NCBI GenBank assembly: GCA_963714275.1
Contig: CAVQNT010000004.1
Location: 92,471-156,470 of the forward strand
DNA: 64,000 nt
Direction: 5' to 3'
Source of the DNA: Candidatus Bathyarchaeota archaeon
GTDB taxonomy: Archaea; Thermoproteota; Bathyarchaeia; Bathyarchaeales; DTEX01
Shown one piece after another: positions 9,838 through 21,644 of this stretch. The first letter of the stretch is position 1. Each line of letters begins with the position of its first letter. Made by a program: the position numbers and the translations under genes. The notes under the pieces are model-generated. The model had not been told where the DNA came from. It ran no database searches and saw nothing but the letters and a program-made list of their open reading frames with translations.

Positions 9838-10161
9838 GTGAAGGCTGAAAACGAGAATTTAAATGAAATCCTTTGTACAACGGATGAGGACAGAAAAATC
9901 AAACAATATTTGAATGAGCGACTTGGACCAGAACCTGTAGTTGCAGGTTCTAGACGTAGGTGGGATTTCCTACAAAGATGTGCTTTTTACATCTATTCAG
10001 AGAAAGAAGTGTCTTTTGTCTACATAGTTAAGTGGTTTGCCAAAAACGGTGAATGCCTGAAGGTCAGAACGATTCTGGAAGATTACATTCAATACCTAAA
10101 CACTCTGGGAATTGTTGAGTTTAATGTAGGTACAAAGACAGTCAGGTGGAAGCAACAATGA
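9838..10161 (+). CDS. Hypothetical protein, possibly winged-helix
   Basis: 107 aa, coupled to the next gene; ends YIQYLNTLGIVEF. Confidence 0.6.
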   Translation: MKAENENLNEILCTTDEDRKIKQYLNERLGPEPVVAGSRRRWDFLQRCAFYIYSEKEVSFVYIVKWFAKNGECLKVRTILEDYIQYLNTLGIVEFNVGTKTVRWKQQ

Positions 10162-10679
10162 GGTTTAATTTCAGGATTGTGAAGTTCGGATGGACATTTT
10201 TCTTTATGCTGGCTAAGACTCAGAGTTTGGAAGGCTTAACGTCTCTGCTGTCAGATGGCAGACATATAGTAATGTGGGATCTTGAAAACTGCAATCTAGA
10301 AGAAGCTTCAAGGATTTTGATAAGGGTTCAAAGGAAAAATAATCTTAGCCACATTTACATCGTAAGTGATGCCGAAGGCTCTTACCGCGCATGGTGTTTT
10401 TCAAGTGTTACTTTCAAAAAGTTCCTCCGCATCCTTGTAGACTCTCTTGAAATCATAGATTATTCGTTTTTCTATTACACGGTCAAAAGATTAAAGGCAA
10501 CATTGAGAACGAGCAATAAAAAGAAAAGACCGCCTCAACGATTGGTACGCGTTCTAGAATCTTACCCTACAGATTTTCCCATTAAAATGGAGAAAGTCAT
10601 CTATGACACTGGCTTAGTGAAAAGAGGTTACACTATTTCTTTAGGTGATCGGCTTGGATCAATTTCCAGAAGCGTTTAA
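10158..10679 (+). CDS. Possible minimal archaeo-eukaryotic primase (AEP)-like protein
   Basis: IVMWDLE (hhhDhE), IVS...GSYRAW (motif II-like but without His), IID, TLRTSNK. Confidence 0.45.
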   Translation: MRFNFRIVKFGWTFFFMLAKTQSLEGLTSLLSDGRHIVMWDLENCNLEEASRILIRVQRKNNLSHIYIVSDAEGSYRAWCFSSVTFKKFLRILVDSLEIIDYSFFYYTVKRLKATLRTSNKKKRPPQRLVRVLESYPTDFPIKMEKVIYDTGLVKRGYTISLGDRLGSISRSV

Positions 10680-10948
10680 GCGATTTGAAAAAGTCGTAGA
10701 CACAGAAAACATAAAAAGCTTTGCAAAGTTGCAGTTAGCTTTCCGTTCTTGGGCAGGACGGAATTGGAAAGGTACGCCAAAGCAAAAAGAAGACTCTTAT
10801 GGCTGAAGCCCAAAAACATGGAATCCTGGCTCCGCCTGAAAGAGTGATTGCAACTTGGAGACGTGAAGATGTCAGAGTCGGAACGAAATCTCAAGTTAGA
10901 TACCGAGACATTAAATCAGGGCGCTTCATAAAGAACCCTTTCCAGTAG
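10654..10948 (+). CDS. Small basic protein, frameshifted, ending YRDIKSGRFIK
   Basis: TTG start after AGGTGA; MDQFPEAFKRFEK..., frameshift near 10790. Confidence 0.55.
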
Positions 10949-11151
10949 TGTCTAAAATCAAATGATACACACAAAAACCCCAAAACAGCGCTTTAGCAAT
11001 GACATTGACATTGTCAAAGGCACTGCTAAGGGCCTTTAAATTGCGTCTATACTGTCTAGAAACTCGATTACTGTCTCTAAATGTCTAGAGATTGGAGTTT
11101 TTGTCTCAGAAAATGTTTTAAAGTCTTAATTTTAAGTAAAATATGATAGAA

Positions 11152-11896
11152 ATGTCTCAACTGACTGAAGTAGAACTTGCTGAAAGGATTATTCTCTTTC
11201 ATGATACCCAGTCACTTAGTTTTCGAAAAATTTCAAGGAAATTGACTGATGAAGGCATACAAGCGAGTAAAGACAAGGTTCGCAAGATCTATCTCCGATA
11301 CAGAGCTGCTAAAGGAATCTGAGATAGACCAGAAAGCGGTTATGGACGAAGATCTTAAGGCGTTAGTTGAAAAAGAAAAGGAAGCTCAGAAAAAAGTCGA
11401 GCTTGCAAAAATCAAGAATGAAAAAAGAAGAAACATTTTAGATTTGCGCATTAAGGAGTTGGACTGGAGCCTCGAAGACCGTGAAAGGCTCTTTGCGGAT
11501 AGGCAAGAGCTCTTTTGGCTTATGAAGGAGATTTTGTGTACTCATGAGCCAGCTCTCTGGTTGCGGTTATTGGAATTTTCCAATGAAGAAAATGGGCTGG
11601 TAGATATTGTCCAAGAAGTGATCGGCAGCCAGACTCTCTATGAAGAGATGAGAGTAAGAAATGAAAAGGACAATGTGGAATATCTCCTAAATCATCACGT
11701 TGTATTAAGTATCGAAGACTGGTTGGTTAGTAAGCAAAGCTTCAAGTCAGAGGGATTACCAGAAAAAGCGAAAGGATCAGGGATCACAGAAGGAAGCGAC
11801 GAGGAAGATATTGTTTTAACGATCCCAGTTGATAACAATGTTCGGCGAATATTTCACTATTACAACGTTAAAAGGTCAATGTCATCTAAGTCATAG
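11152..11896 (+). CDS. HTH plus coiled-coil protein (frameshifted)
   Basis: 5' frame LSFRKISRKLTDEGIQASKDKVRKIY continues after a frameshift into ORF 11249-11896. Confidence 0.6.
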
Positions 11897-11975
11897 AGGA
11901 AGCATGTGCTAGTTGTATTGTCCTTCAGCCCAAAAAAAGATATTCTGGTAGGTGCTAACTTAACATAAAATATAG

Positions 11976-12557
11976 GTGCCAACTTCATGCTATCTCACTA
12001 TTTTATTATGGAAAACGACGGTAATAATATCGTGTAAATGGATGGCTGTTGTTGAGATTAGTTGTCCTCGATGCGGTTCCGTTTCTCATTTAAAAAATGA
12101 AAAAACTAACGAGTATCGTTGTGACAATTGTAGCACGACGTTCGTACTTGTAGATACAATGAAGAAAGAAGTTGTTCGAGACACCAAAAGACATAATTGC
12201 CCTACTTGTGGGCGACCAGTATCTAGAACAGAAGCTTATGTCTGCACAGAATGCGGAACTGAGGACTTATGCAAGAATTGCTTGGTCGAAATTAATAATA
12301 AAATTGTCTGTATGGAATGTGCAAAAAAAGAAGGAAAAGCGTGCTATATTTGTGGCAAGAAAGCATGGTGGCATTGTGGTGTCTGTGGGCATACGGCATG
12401 TCGCAACCACGCTGACAGATTTAACTTAAAAGGTAATTACTTGTGTCCTAATTGTGGTGCCGTATGTAAAAATTGTTATGTTGAGAAAGTCGATTTTCTC
12501 GGTAAAACCTTCTACTGTAAGAAATGTGGGACAAAATTAACGCGTGGGAAATTATAA
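11976..12557 (+). CDS. Multi-zinc-finger cysteine-rich protein (cargo)
   Basis: About 12 CxxC/CxxH pairs; start probably at MAVVEISCP. Confidence 0.75.
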   Translation: MPTSCYLTILLWKTTVIISCKWMAVVEISCPRCGSVSHLKNEKTNEYRCDNCSTTFVLVDTMKKEVVRDTKRHNCPTCGRPVSRTEAYVCTECGTEDLCKNCLVEINNKIVCMECAKKEGKACYICGKKAWWHCGVCGHTACRNHADRFNLKGNYLCPNCGAVCKNCYVEKVDFLGKTFYCKKCGTKLTRGKL

Positions 12558-12570
12558 AACTAATTAGATC

Positions 12571-12688
12571 TTTTTTGTGCGTGTGCTTGTTGTGTGCGTG
12601 CGTGCGCGCGCGCTATACGTAAGTGGGAGTGAGGGAATACAAGGGAGTATCTGGGAAAGAACGAGAACACGTACGAGAGAGAGAGAAA
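12571..12688 (-). repeat. Right terminal inverted repeat (118 bp)
   Basis: Reverse complement of 6659-6776. Confidence 0.95.
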
Positions 12689-12703
12689 GATTAAATTTTA
12701 ATC
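12689..12703 (+). repeat. Right 15-bp direct repeat (putative TSD)
   Basis: GATTAAATTTTAATC, identical to 6644-6658. Confidence 0.88.
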
Positions 12704-13037
12704 CCAAACCCAAACATATACTCTTATTTCCAATCATTCTCTCATTCTCTCTCTTATTACACATACACACAAAACTAAGTTGGATTGTTGAGTTGTGCAT
12801 TGAAAGAACTTTATTGAGAATGTTAATGAACAGTATGTGCAATATCAATGCATTCAGTTCAAAGTAAAAAATAAAACAAAGAGAGTATCTTGAAATCAGA
12901 CAGCAAGTATTATCACCCTCTCTCCGAGACACTTAGTGTCTAGCACGCGCTATATCACTAGTCAGCTCAAATACTCAAAGCACTACGCGAAGAATCTTAT
13001 ACAAAAAGGTTTCAATGATTATGTGTTCGGTGAGAGC

Positions 13038-13646
13038 ATGCCTATTAGAGAAAATGTGTCACCACAGAAGACCTTGACGGGAAAAAGGGTTTACTTGAGG
13101 CCTTTTTGTATAAATGATTTACCTTACATTCAGAAGTGGTCGAATGACGATGAACTTAGAAAACTAACAGGTGCAATTGCGCCGATGAGTAACGCTGAGA
13201 CTAAGAAGTGGTACGAGGATTTGCTTACTGACAAGGACCGGATGTGGTTTGCGATTGTCCTTAAAAAAGGTGACCGCGTAATAGGGGAGGCTGGATTGTT
13301 GAGAATGTTTAGACCTTGGCGAAATACGGACATGACCATAATAATTGGAGAAAAGGACGCTTGGGGAAAAGGATATGGAACTGAGACTGGTCGTCTGCTC
13401 CTTGACTATGCCTTCAAACAACTGGGTTTTCATAGGATTTCGGTAGGGGTGGTCGGCTTCAACCAGAGAGCATTGAGATTTTGGGAGAGTCTTGGTTTCA
13501 AGAAGGAAGGCATCGAGAGAGATGAATATTACTACGACAACGAATACAGCGACGGCATCATGATGAGTATTTTAGAAGATGAATTCAAGAAGGCACACGA
13601 GACTGCTAGCGCGCGCGCTCTGCGCTACCACCACCACCAAAATTGA
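13038..13646 (+). CDS. GNAT acetyltransferase, RimJ/RimL type
   Basis: YLRP, IGEKDAWGKGYGTE, FNQRALRFWESLGFKKEG; start assumed at MPIRE. Confidence 0.9.
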   Translation: MPIRENVSPQKTLTGKRVYLRPFCINDLPYIQKWSNDDELRKLTGAIAPMSNAETKKWYEDLLTDKDRMWFAIVLKKGDRVIGEAGLLRMFRPWRNTDMTIIIGEKDAWGKGYGTETGRLLLDYAFKQLGFHRISVGVVGFNQRALRFWESLGFKKEGIERDEYYYDNEYSDGIMMSILEDEFKKAHETASARALRYHHHQN

Positions 13647-13821
13647 CGGAAAGCTTGCACATTGACATTGCTGCATTGAATGTACTGAAAAGCAATAAGC
13701 AAAGTAGACATGCAGAATGCAAGAATCAAAAGGGTATTTTATGCGTATATCCTTTCGAGTAGTTAGCTAGCTTAGCTAATTTAAGTAACTTGTTTATAAT
13801 ATTTAAGAAAAGGGGTGGAGA

Positions 13822-14290
13822 TATGATGGAAGAGTTCAGATTAGGAAATGAAGAAAAGATACTTTTAGATACTGTTACTGATGAGGATTATAAGGTTAGA
13901 CTTAAAAACAGAGTAGTTGTTACCAATCAACGATGCGTTTTCTTTAGAGTTTATGAAGTGCATCACAAAGCCAAAGCCATAAATCCCGCCACAGGAAAAA
14001 GCGAGGAAATAAAGCCCGAATTCAGAATAGAACAAGAAATAAAATTGAATAATATTAAGGAAACTTTTGCTCATTATTTTAATGGAAACGTATGCATAAA
14101 ATTTAAACTAACGAATGGACAGACAGCAATTTTTCCAATTTTTTCCTATTTAGATAGGGAATTAAGTTCCGCCTTAGATGTTTTAACACAAACAGCCTTC
14201 TCTGGGTCTGGTAGTCTTATGTTAATGATGATGGATGATATGTTTTTAGTTAATAGATTAGTGAGTTACATTAACAAATTGATAAAATAA
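13822..14290 (+). CDS. Hypothetical protein, PH-like fold possible
   Basis: AT-rich ORF with RVVVTNQRCVF. Confidence 0.55.
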
Positions 14291-14856
14291 AGGCGATGAT
14301 TTTTAGCGCGCGCTACGGATGAGAGCGATGACTCCCCTGCAATTAGTCTAATTGAAGAATCAATTGCTAGCTAGCTTTCTTCAAACCTTAATGTTTTTTC
14401 TTTCAGTTTCTTAGCTGAGCTAAAGGGATTTTAGGTGTAAGGTTTTGTTACATATGGGGAAGTTCCGAATCTGCCCCTTAATATCCATAATTATTCAGAG
14501 GAATTGAACGAAATATTACAAAAATTAACCTAATTCTGTTTTCTTTTCAGATTATTGGCATCCTGTAAGGGTATCTAAAAGAGTAAGATCGCCCATGTTT
14601 GCCATAGATCCCCAAGCCATCCTCTTGGTGATCTATATTTGAGTTGATTAAGAAGTTATTTGGTTAGAGACTTTTTTACGTTGCAGAAAGACATAAATCT
14701 GTATTTTTCTGTTAGTTATAGATGTAATAATTTTGGGGGGTAGTCACTACGTACTTCACAGTTTTAACAATATTTCTCGTCGCTATAGGTGCCGTGACTG
14801 GCGAAATTGGAAGCTTACAGCGACGGAACATTGTACATAAGAGGTAGAGGGATGGA

Positions 14857-17800
14857 ATGAAAGTTTCACAAATAATCGTATTCATATTTTTAGTTGCGTT
14901 CTGCATTTCCTTTACCTCGATCCCAACCCAAGCCATCAATGTTTCCCAGCAAGTAGATGCAGTTCCCGTATACTTATCCATACAAGTCAGAGACTATAAC
15001 ACAGGCATTGCAGTTACCAATTTATCAGTAACTGTTGGTATTAACACAGATTGGGGGTATCGTGAAATCTCTAATCGGACAAGTGAGACTGGAGTTGTGC
15101 AAACAACTCTTGGAAACATTGAAATAAATACTATTTTCCTGACTATGTCGCTTGAATATGTTGACTTATCTGAAAATTATACGTTGATTAAAGTCCAGAA
15201 CACGTTTATTGAGGAATTGCAGCTATCTAACTTTTATGGTTTATATAGTGAATACAGTGCGAACCACACGAGATATTTTTTTGAAATTCTTTTATCACAC
15301 AGGGTTTTGACTGACAGACAATACGTAGAGGGCACAATATGGGTTCTTAAGGGTAAGCTCGTTAGAGTTTTAGACAGTGACCCAGTAACTGGAACACATC
15401 AAAATCTTATCGTGACACCTGCGATTTTGACAAATACACCTAGTAATGTAAGCGAGTTTGAGCGATTGTATTTCTTCCCGCTTGATTATGAAGTAACGAT
15501 GTATCATGAAACCCAAACGTGGCAAAATGTTGAAACTGAAAAGTTGAGATATGGTATAGATCCAGTTTCGCCGTTGATAGTCACTGTTGAGGTAAACACG
15601 ACCTTAATCAACTGGATGCGCCACGCAACCATTGAATATGTGAAACGTGCAAAATACAACATGGATAGAGAGTTCGAGTTCTTTAACTCCACAGGATATC
15701 CGCTTGACAGAGAACTGGAAGAGTACAACGCAATAAATAGCCTTTGGAATCGAGTCTTAGAACTCTACGATAAAGGCGAATACGCAGCAGCTTTCGGTGG
15801 CGCCAAAATCTCTGACAATAAATTTCTTAATCTCTTGAGTTGGCTTTATGATAATAAAATTACTGCAGTGTTTACAGCAGTTGGTATAAGCCTGTTTGCG
15901 TTTGGGTTAGGGTCGTTGCTTTCGAATTTTATTTTTGACGAACCATCTCAAAACAAGATTCGGCTTATACTAAAAGTTTTAATATTCTCTTTGGTCATGT
16001 TGATGTTTTCGCTTTCTCATCCTGCACTGAAAATAACTTTCGCCATGTTAATTGGAAGTAGAAGCGTTAGCTTACCGTTGTCTCTCCTAGGTTGCCTGGT
16101 AATAGGAATCATGATCTATTTTGTTATGCTGCTGATCTCAGTAAATCAAAAGACGATAACTGATCTTGCTTTGCAATTGGGTGTAAGAAGTCTGAAACGT
16201 AGAAAGTCCAGGACCCTGCTGACTCTATTAACAATCACGATCATTGTTTCTTCAGCCATAGTCTTCGTGAATATTTCCTTGAGCCGAGAAACCAGATTTA
16301 AGGGGCAATGGAAAGGCACCAGTACTTCCGGTGTTTTAGTAGAGCCAGACACTTACGCAGCCCCCATTTCTGAGTACGATGTAAATTGGACTCGTTTACA
16401 GCAATGGTGCAAAGAATTATCTTACATTGAATCAATACGAGACCAAGAGAGATCGCTATCAGGAGACCTACTAGTTCGTCAAGGGTACATCTCAGTCTGT
16501 TGGAGAAAGATACCCTGTCAACATAGTATGCATAGATCCCTCTTACATGGAAAAATACTACAACTTATTCTCGACGCATCACAGGCTTCTGGAACCAGTT
16601 CGTTGAAGGAGAGCCTGTTGTCATAATTCCGTCTGACTTTAATTTCCTAGTTAGCCAGGATGTTTATTTAAGTGTAACAGAACAGGTTGGAGTTTCGTTC
16701 GGTCCGCCCCCGGAAAGGACATTAGGCAAGTTTCGTGTAATAGGTACTTTCGATTCACAGACAGCCTTCAGCGATCTTGTAAAGATAGATAACACTCCCC
16801 TGTTTGAGAATCCTTCAGGAATCGTTCTAGTTCCATTAAAGTCTATTCAAGATTCGAGCATTAGCGATTTCCGAGGTCACAATCTTTGTAAACCAAGGTT
16901 ACAATCCTGTTGATGTAGCTCAGGAACTCGCTTACACACTTGCAGCCACAACAATAGCAAATTATAACGGATTGTCTCAAAAAATAGTTTGGTCAACAGA
17001 ATTTTCAGTTATTGGCCTTATACCTTACATGCCTCCACTCATCATAGCGGGATTAATGATGTACACCACAATGGTGTCAGTTTATGAGGAGAGAAGAAGA
17101 GAATTTTCAACTCTAGCAACCCTTGGACTCGACCCAAAGAACACACTTCAAGTTTTCCTTGTTGAAGCGCTTCTACTCGGACTAATGGGAACATTCATCG
17201 GCTTTTTTGGCAACTACCTCTTAGGAACAGGCATAACTTTCCTGTCAAGTTTTATTGCTGCCCCGGGGTTTGAGGCTTTGGAGCTTCCTCTTGCACATTG
17301 GTCAATGCCTTCAATCCTAGTTGCTCTTTTAACCGGTGTTGTTATGGTTTTTCTCGGAGGATACATACCTGCTAAAAGGGCGCGTGGAATAAGCCTCATG
17401 GGAAGGGAGCAAAAACGGGAGATGGTTGGAGAGCTTAATAACTTCTGGTAGTGTCACTACACTGACATTGCCTATTAGGGAAAGTGTTCAGAATGGTGAG
17501 ATGCTATATTCATATATTAGAGAAACCATCGGGAAATTTAAGACATCACTTGTTGACTCGCACTCAGTAAAGGGAGAATTATACAGGGATGGCGCATTCG
17601 TTGTGTCTTTTGTGGCTTTAGCTGATACATCCCGAGTAACTATGCCGTGCGAGATAAGAGGCGTTAGAGAAGGCGATGTTCTCGTGCCAGTTATTCAATT
17701 CCCAGCAAGTCTACCGTAGCTACGAGAGAATCAGGCTGATGGTTCGAGACTTGGAACAATTCATGATAGGGTTCTCAACTTGGAAAGAGATGCAGTTGAA

Positions 17801-18245
17801 GATGACGATTATCAGAGAAGCCCCTCGGAAGGTTAAGACCTTAGAGGAAATTATGGCTGAGATCAAGGAAATCGTGGACCAAATCAAAGACTGCAGCAAG
17901 AAACTCAGGATACTGGACGGCCAGAAGGGCAGGCTTTCAGACGAAATCTACAATGAATTCAGAGAGAAATACATAAGAATGATTGAGGAAAAGTCGAAGA
18001 ATTTGAGAACAATGGCCATTAACTTAGAGCCGCATCATAGTCAGCTTCATGACGAAATCGGAAAAATCGAGGTTGAAGTAGAAAGAATCACAACCTCCTA
18101 CAATCTAAGCGAGATCACAGAAGAAGAATACGTGAAAACAGGTGGACCCATAGAAGCAAGACTTGCAGAGTCAAAAAATAAGGAACAAGAAATGGAAGAG
18201 ATCTTCGACTTCTTGAAGAAGCCTTTAGGAATGGAATACAGTTAA
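14857..18245 (+). CDS. Large FtsX-like ABC permease with C-terminal coiled coil (multiply frameshifted)
   Basis: Signal peptide, RSLKRRKSRTLLTLLTI, SVYEERRREFSTLATLG, EALLLG; consecutive ORFs 14857-16626, 16972-17451, 17426-17719, 17676-18245. Confidence 0.75.
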
Positions 18246-18400
18246 CTAGAGGATTGTAAAGGTTTCTTCACAAAAATGCTTTTTACAGCGAATTTTCTGT
18301 TGTTTTATGGGGAACTTTGTTGTCATAAAAAGAGAGTGAAGACACGTATTCTCTGATTTTTCTTTCGCTCAAACATCCGATTAGCGCGCTCTCTACTATC

Positions 18401-18595
18401 ATGCTGGAAACAACAAACGATCTAATTGCATTCAAAAGCCTTGAAAATAATGAAATTAGGATTATGCTGACGATAAAAGTGACGGATTATAATGACCCTC
18501 AACTTGCACAAAGAATGGATAAATATTTAGAGAAGATAGCCTCAGAGTTTAGAATGTTTGCATTTGAATGGACAAAAGGAACTGAATATAAATGA
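18401..18595 (+). CDS. Small hypothetical protein
   Basis: 64-aa ORF between two junction motifs. Confidence 0.4.
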   Translation: MLETTNDLIAFKSLENNEIRIMLTIKVTDYNDPQLAQRMDKYLEKIASEFRMFAFEWTKGTEYK

Positions 18596-18721
18596 TGTTT
18601 TCCTAGGTGAGCTAGATGGTTCATGGAACCATAAAGGTATCAGGTGATGTTGAAGAAGATACCTAAAAACGTGTCAGCAGTATGGAAAGGAAATAGGTAA
18701 AAAAATATTGGAAGTGAACTT

Positions 18722-19222
18722 ATGAAAGTAAATCTATTTGACTATCTTAACCAGATACTTAAGACAGCTGAGACTACCGGAGTTCTCTTAGTATCTATGG
18801 CCAAAGACGGACGACCAAACATTATGACAATCGGGTGGCTACTGCTTGGACGCTCTTATCATGAGAAATCCATTGCTGTTGTTGCCGTCCGTCCAGCCAG
18901 ATACACTTTCAAACTTCTAGACGAGGTTGAGGAGTTTGTGATAGCGATCCCTACCCATGAACTCGGAGAATCTGTTGCTTTCTGTGGAGAGAAATCCGGC
19001 AGAGATGTAGACAAATTTAAAGAGACCAGACTGACACCAGTACAATCTGTCCATGTAAAACCTCCATCAATAAAAGAATGCATCATAAACATCGAATGCA
19101 GAATCTATAATGAGATAAGACCACCTCACTACATTCTTACTCCCGAACATAGAAGAGCCCCTATTCCAGAACAACACACAATCTATTTTGCAGAAGTTTT
19201 AGGCGCTTACAAATATGAATAA
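18722..19222 (+). CDS. Flavin reductase family protein
   Basis: PNIMTIGW, VRPARYT, CGEKSGRDVDKF, IKECIINIEC. Confidence 0.9.
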   Translation: MKVNLFDYLNQILKTAETTGVLLVSMAKDGRPNIMTIGWLLLGRSYHEKSIAVVAVRPARYTFKLLDEVEEFVIAIPTHELGESVAFCGEKSGRDVDKFKETRLTPVQSVHVKPPSIKECIINIECRIYNEIRPPHYILTPEHRRAPIPEQHTIYFAEVLGAYKYE

Positions 19223-19413
19223 TGATGCGATATGTTAACATCTGAAAAATTGGGGGCAAGAATAGTTCTTGGTAACCTTCCATTTAGCTAGTTAGCTGCA
19301 AACATCTCTAGTCATATTAATGGATGAAGGAGTTATAGTCAAAGAAACATCACGTTTTAAGAGCGAAAAGCTGAAAGTAAATGACGAACATGTGGGCTGA
19401 TGAGTGACTGATT

Positions 19414-20152
19414 ATGGTTGACTACTTGCTTGAGGGTATCGAATTCTCCGACATTACTGTCTTGGATGCTGCCACAGGAGCAGGAAATACTACTTTGAAG
19501 CTTGCTAGGAAGATGGCTGAGGCGGATGGTAAAGGAAAGATCATCAGTGTTGATATTGATGCAGAGACATTTCCAGACGTGAAGAAGAAACTGGGGGAGG
19601 CTGGCGAGATATGTTGAGTTTACTCTAGCCGACTTAACCTTTATGCCTGAGATAGAAAATGAACGTTTTGATCTTGTTGTATGCACAGCAACCTTGTGCG
19701 CCCTTAACAGCAGGCCACTTGGAGCTTTAAGAGGATTAGCAGAATTTCACCGGGTGTTGAAGAAGGGTGGGCACTTAAGGATCTCGGAGGAAGATCCTTT
19801 GCCTAGGGCGAGTAAGCCTGAAGAAGAGGTCCAGGTTATGCGTTGGCAACTGTACAAGTCGGTTTCAGAACTGATAGGCGAGGATACTTGGAGAGAGATC
19901 CATCCTGAAGAATTAGAGTTCGCAGCCAGGCTAGTAGGTTTTAAGAACATTGAGTGGAGGAGGTTTGTAGGAGACCCTTTAAGAAAGGTAACCATGGAGG
20001 AATGGAGGGACGTCATGTCTCCTTTGGTGAATAAGATAAAGGATGAGGAGACGAGGAAGGCATTCCTCGCTATGATCCCAAAAATATACAGGAAGTTCGA
20101 AGAGCAGGGAGGAAACTATCCGCCAAGCTTCATTATGAGAATGAGAAAATAG
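19414..20152 (+). CDS. Class I SAM-dependent methyltransferase (frameshifted)
   Basis: VLDAATGAG in 19414-19617; FDLVV and RVLKKGG in 19643-20152. Confidence 0.85.
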
Positions 20153-20446
20153 CCAAAAACCTTGACCCAAATCCAAACAACACTCGAAAGAATAAAGCAG
20201 CTTGTATCAACAAAAAGTTAATTATCTTAGAAGTTAATTCATAGCAAAACTTTTTTTGCTGTTTTTAGTCAGCTTAGCTAAGGACTGCCTTAACATATTG
20301 ACTAGGCTCCATGTTGAAAAGGTCAGCGCACTGTCTAAGCCTGTAAAAGGCTCTTTCTGTTAAACGGAACGAGAGCTAGTTCTCTTCTATTGGACAGAAG
20401 TGTTCTAAATATTAGATTTTTTAATCGATCTATATATCTTTAGTTT

Positions 20447-21271
20447 GTGAATACTATGAATCTGAAAGGATATAGATTGGCTTTGGTGGTTTCAATTGTT
20501 TCTATGATTGTTTTAGGTTCAGTGATGATCTATATGCTGCAAAACCAGAGAGCTCCAGAAAAACAGCTGCTATTTCAATATCCCACTGGAACAGCATCGT
20601 CTCTTGGCACAATAACGCTGGCTCAAGGAAGTGAACAGCAAACAAGCTACAATACTATTTCAGTTAGTGGTTCAGGAACAACGTCCATGAAAGCTGATGA
20701 AGCTACAGTTACATTAGGTGTTCAAACTCAAGGAAATACCGCTTCTGAAGCAGTTAACAGCAACGCTGTACTGATGGCAGCAATTGTAAACGTAATAAAA
20801 ACTCTAGGGTTAACTAAGGAAAACATGAAGACAGTCTCCTACAACGTGTACCCAATTTACTCAAAAGAGGATTATAACACGATTGTCGGATATAGAGTTG
20901 TTAACATGATTGCAGTGGAAGTAACTAACATGGACCTTATAGGCCAAGTTATAGACACCGCTTCTGCCAATGGAGCAAACATTATCCAAGGAGTCTCATT
21001 CGATCTTTCATTAGAAAAACAGGCAGAACTACAGACACAAGCATACATAGTAGCTTTAAGAGACGCTGAAGGGAAGGCTCTGCTTATAGCAGGTGAGCTT
21101 AAAGTAACAATAACAGGCGTTCTATCCGTAAGTGAAAACGTCTACTCACCCTATCAATCCTACTATGACTACAGAGTCAACTACGCAGGTGAAGCAGCAC
21201 CCACTACAACTATAATTGAAGGCAAACTCAGCGTATCTGTGACTGTTCGCGTAATATACACTTTCGAATAA
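20447..21271 (+). CDS. SIMPL (DUF541) family protein
   Basis: N-terminal TM, TISVSGSG, ADEATVTLGV, GANIIQGVSF, VSVTVRVIY. Confidence 0.9.
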   Translation: MNTMNLKGYRLALVVSIVSMIVLGSVMIYMLQNQRAPEKQLLFQYPTGTASSLGTITLAQGSEQQTSYNTISVSGSGTTSMKADEATVTLGVQTQGNTASEAVNSNAVLMAAIVNVIKTLGLTKENMKTVSYNVYPIYSKEDYNTIVGYRVVNMIAVEVTNMDLIGQVIDTASANGANIIQGVSFDLSLEKQAELQTQAYIVALRDAEGKALLIAGELKVTITGVLSVSENVYSPYQSYYDYRVNYAGEAAPTTTIIEGKLSVSVTVRVIYTFE

Positions 21272-21644
21272 AACTGAAACCTTGCCAGCAAACGACTAAA
21301 TAAGTGGTCGAGGGGAAGAGCCCGAAAGTAAATGAAAAGATAACTTTAGCGGATGCTATTCCAACTGTTTCAGCAATGCATACGATTATTAAGCAATCTT
21401 CCAGCAGCTTTCGCCAAGATTTATGTATTATGATTATGTCTCGTCTTTTCTCTTAGTCTCCCTTTTAGCCTTCGATACTGTAACCAAGATTTTGTCTCTA
21501 GGCTGCAACTCATAAAACTTGACGAAGAAAGTAGAAAAACACAGAGATCCCGCTCGAACCTCATCGAGATTCTAATAGAGAAAGCATTAGTGAGCTAATC
21601 GATTTTTAGAAGGAAAATTTTTTAGGTGTACATGCGATATTAGG

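Larger units (their letters stand above)
6644..12703. mobile_element. Cas1-solo casposon-like element without PolB
   Basis: Perfect 118-bp TIRs, identical 15-bp flanking direct repeats, internal cas1, no cas2 or CRISPR array. Confidence 0.85.

Noticed and set aside
12564-12932. ORFs 12564-12932 (-) and 12577-12867 (+)
   Set aside because: They run across the low-complexity TIR and TSD and give repetitive peptides.
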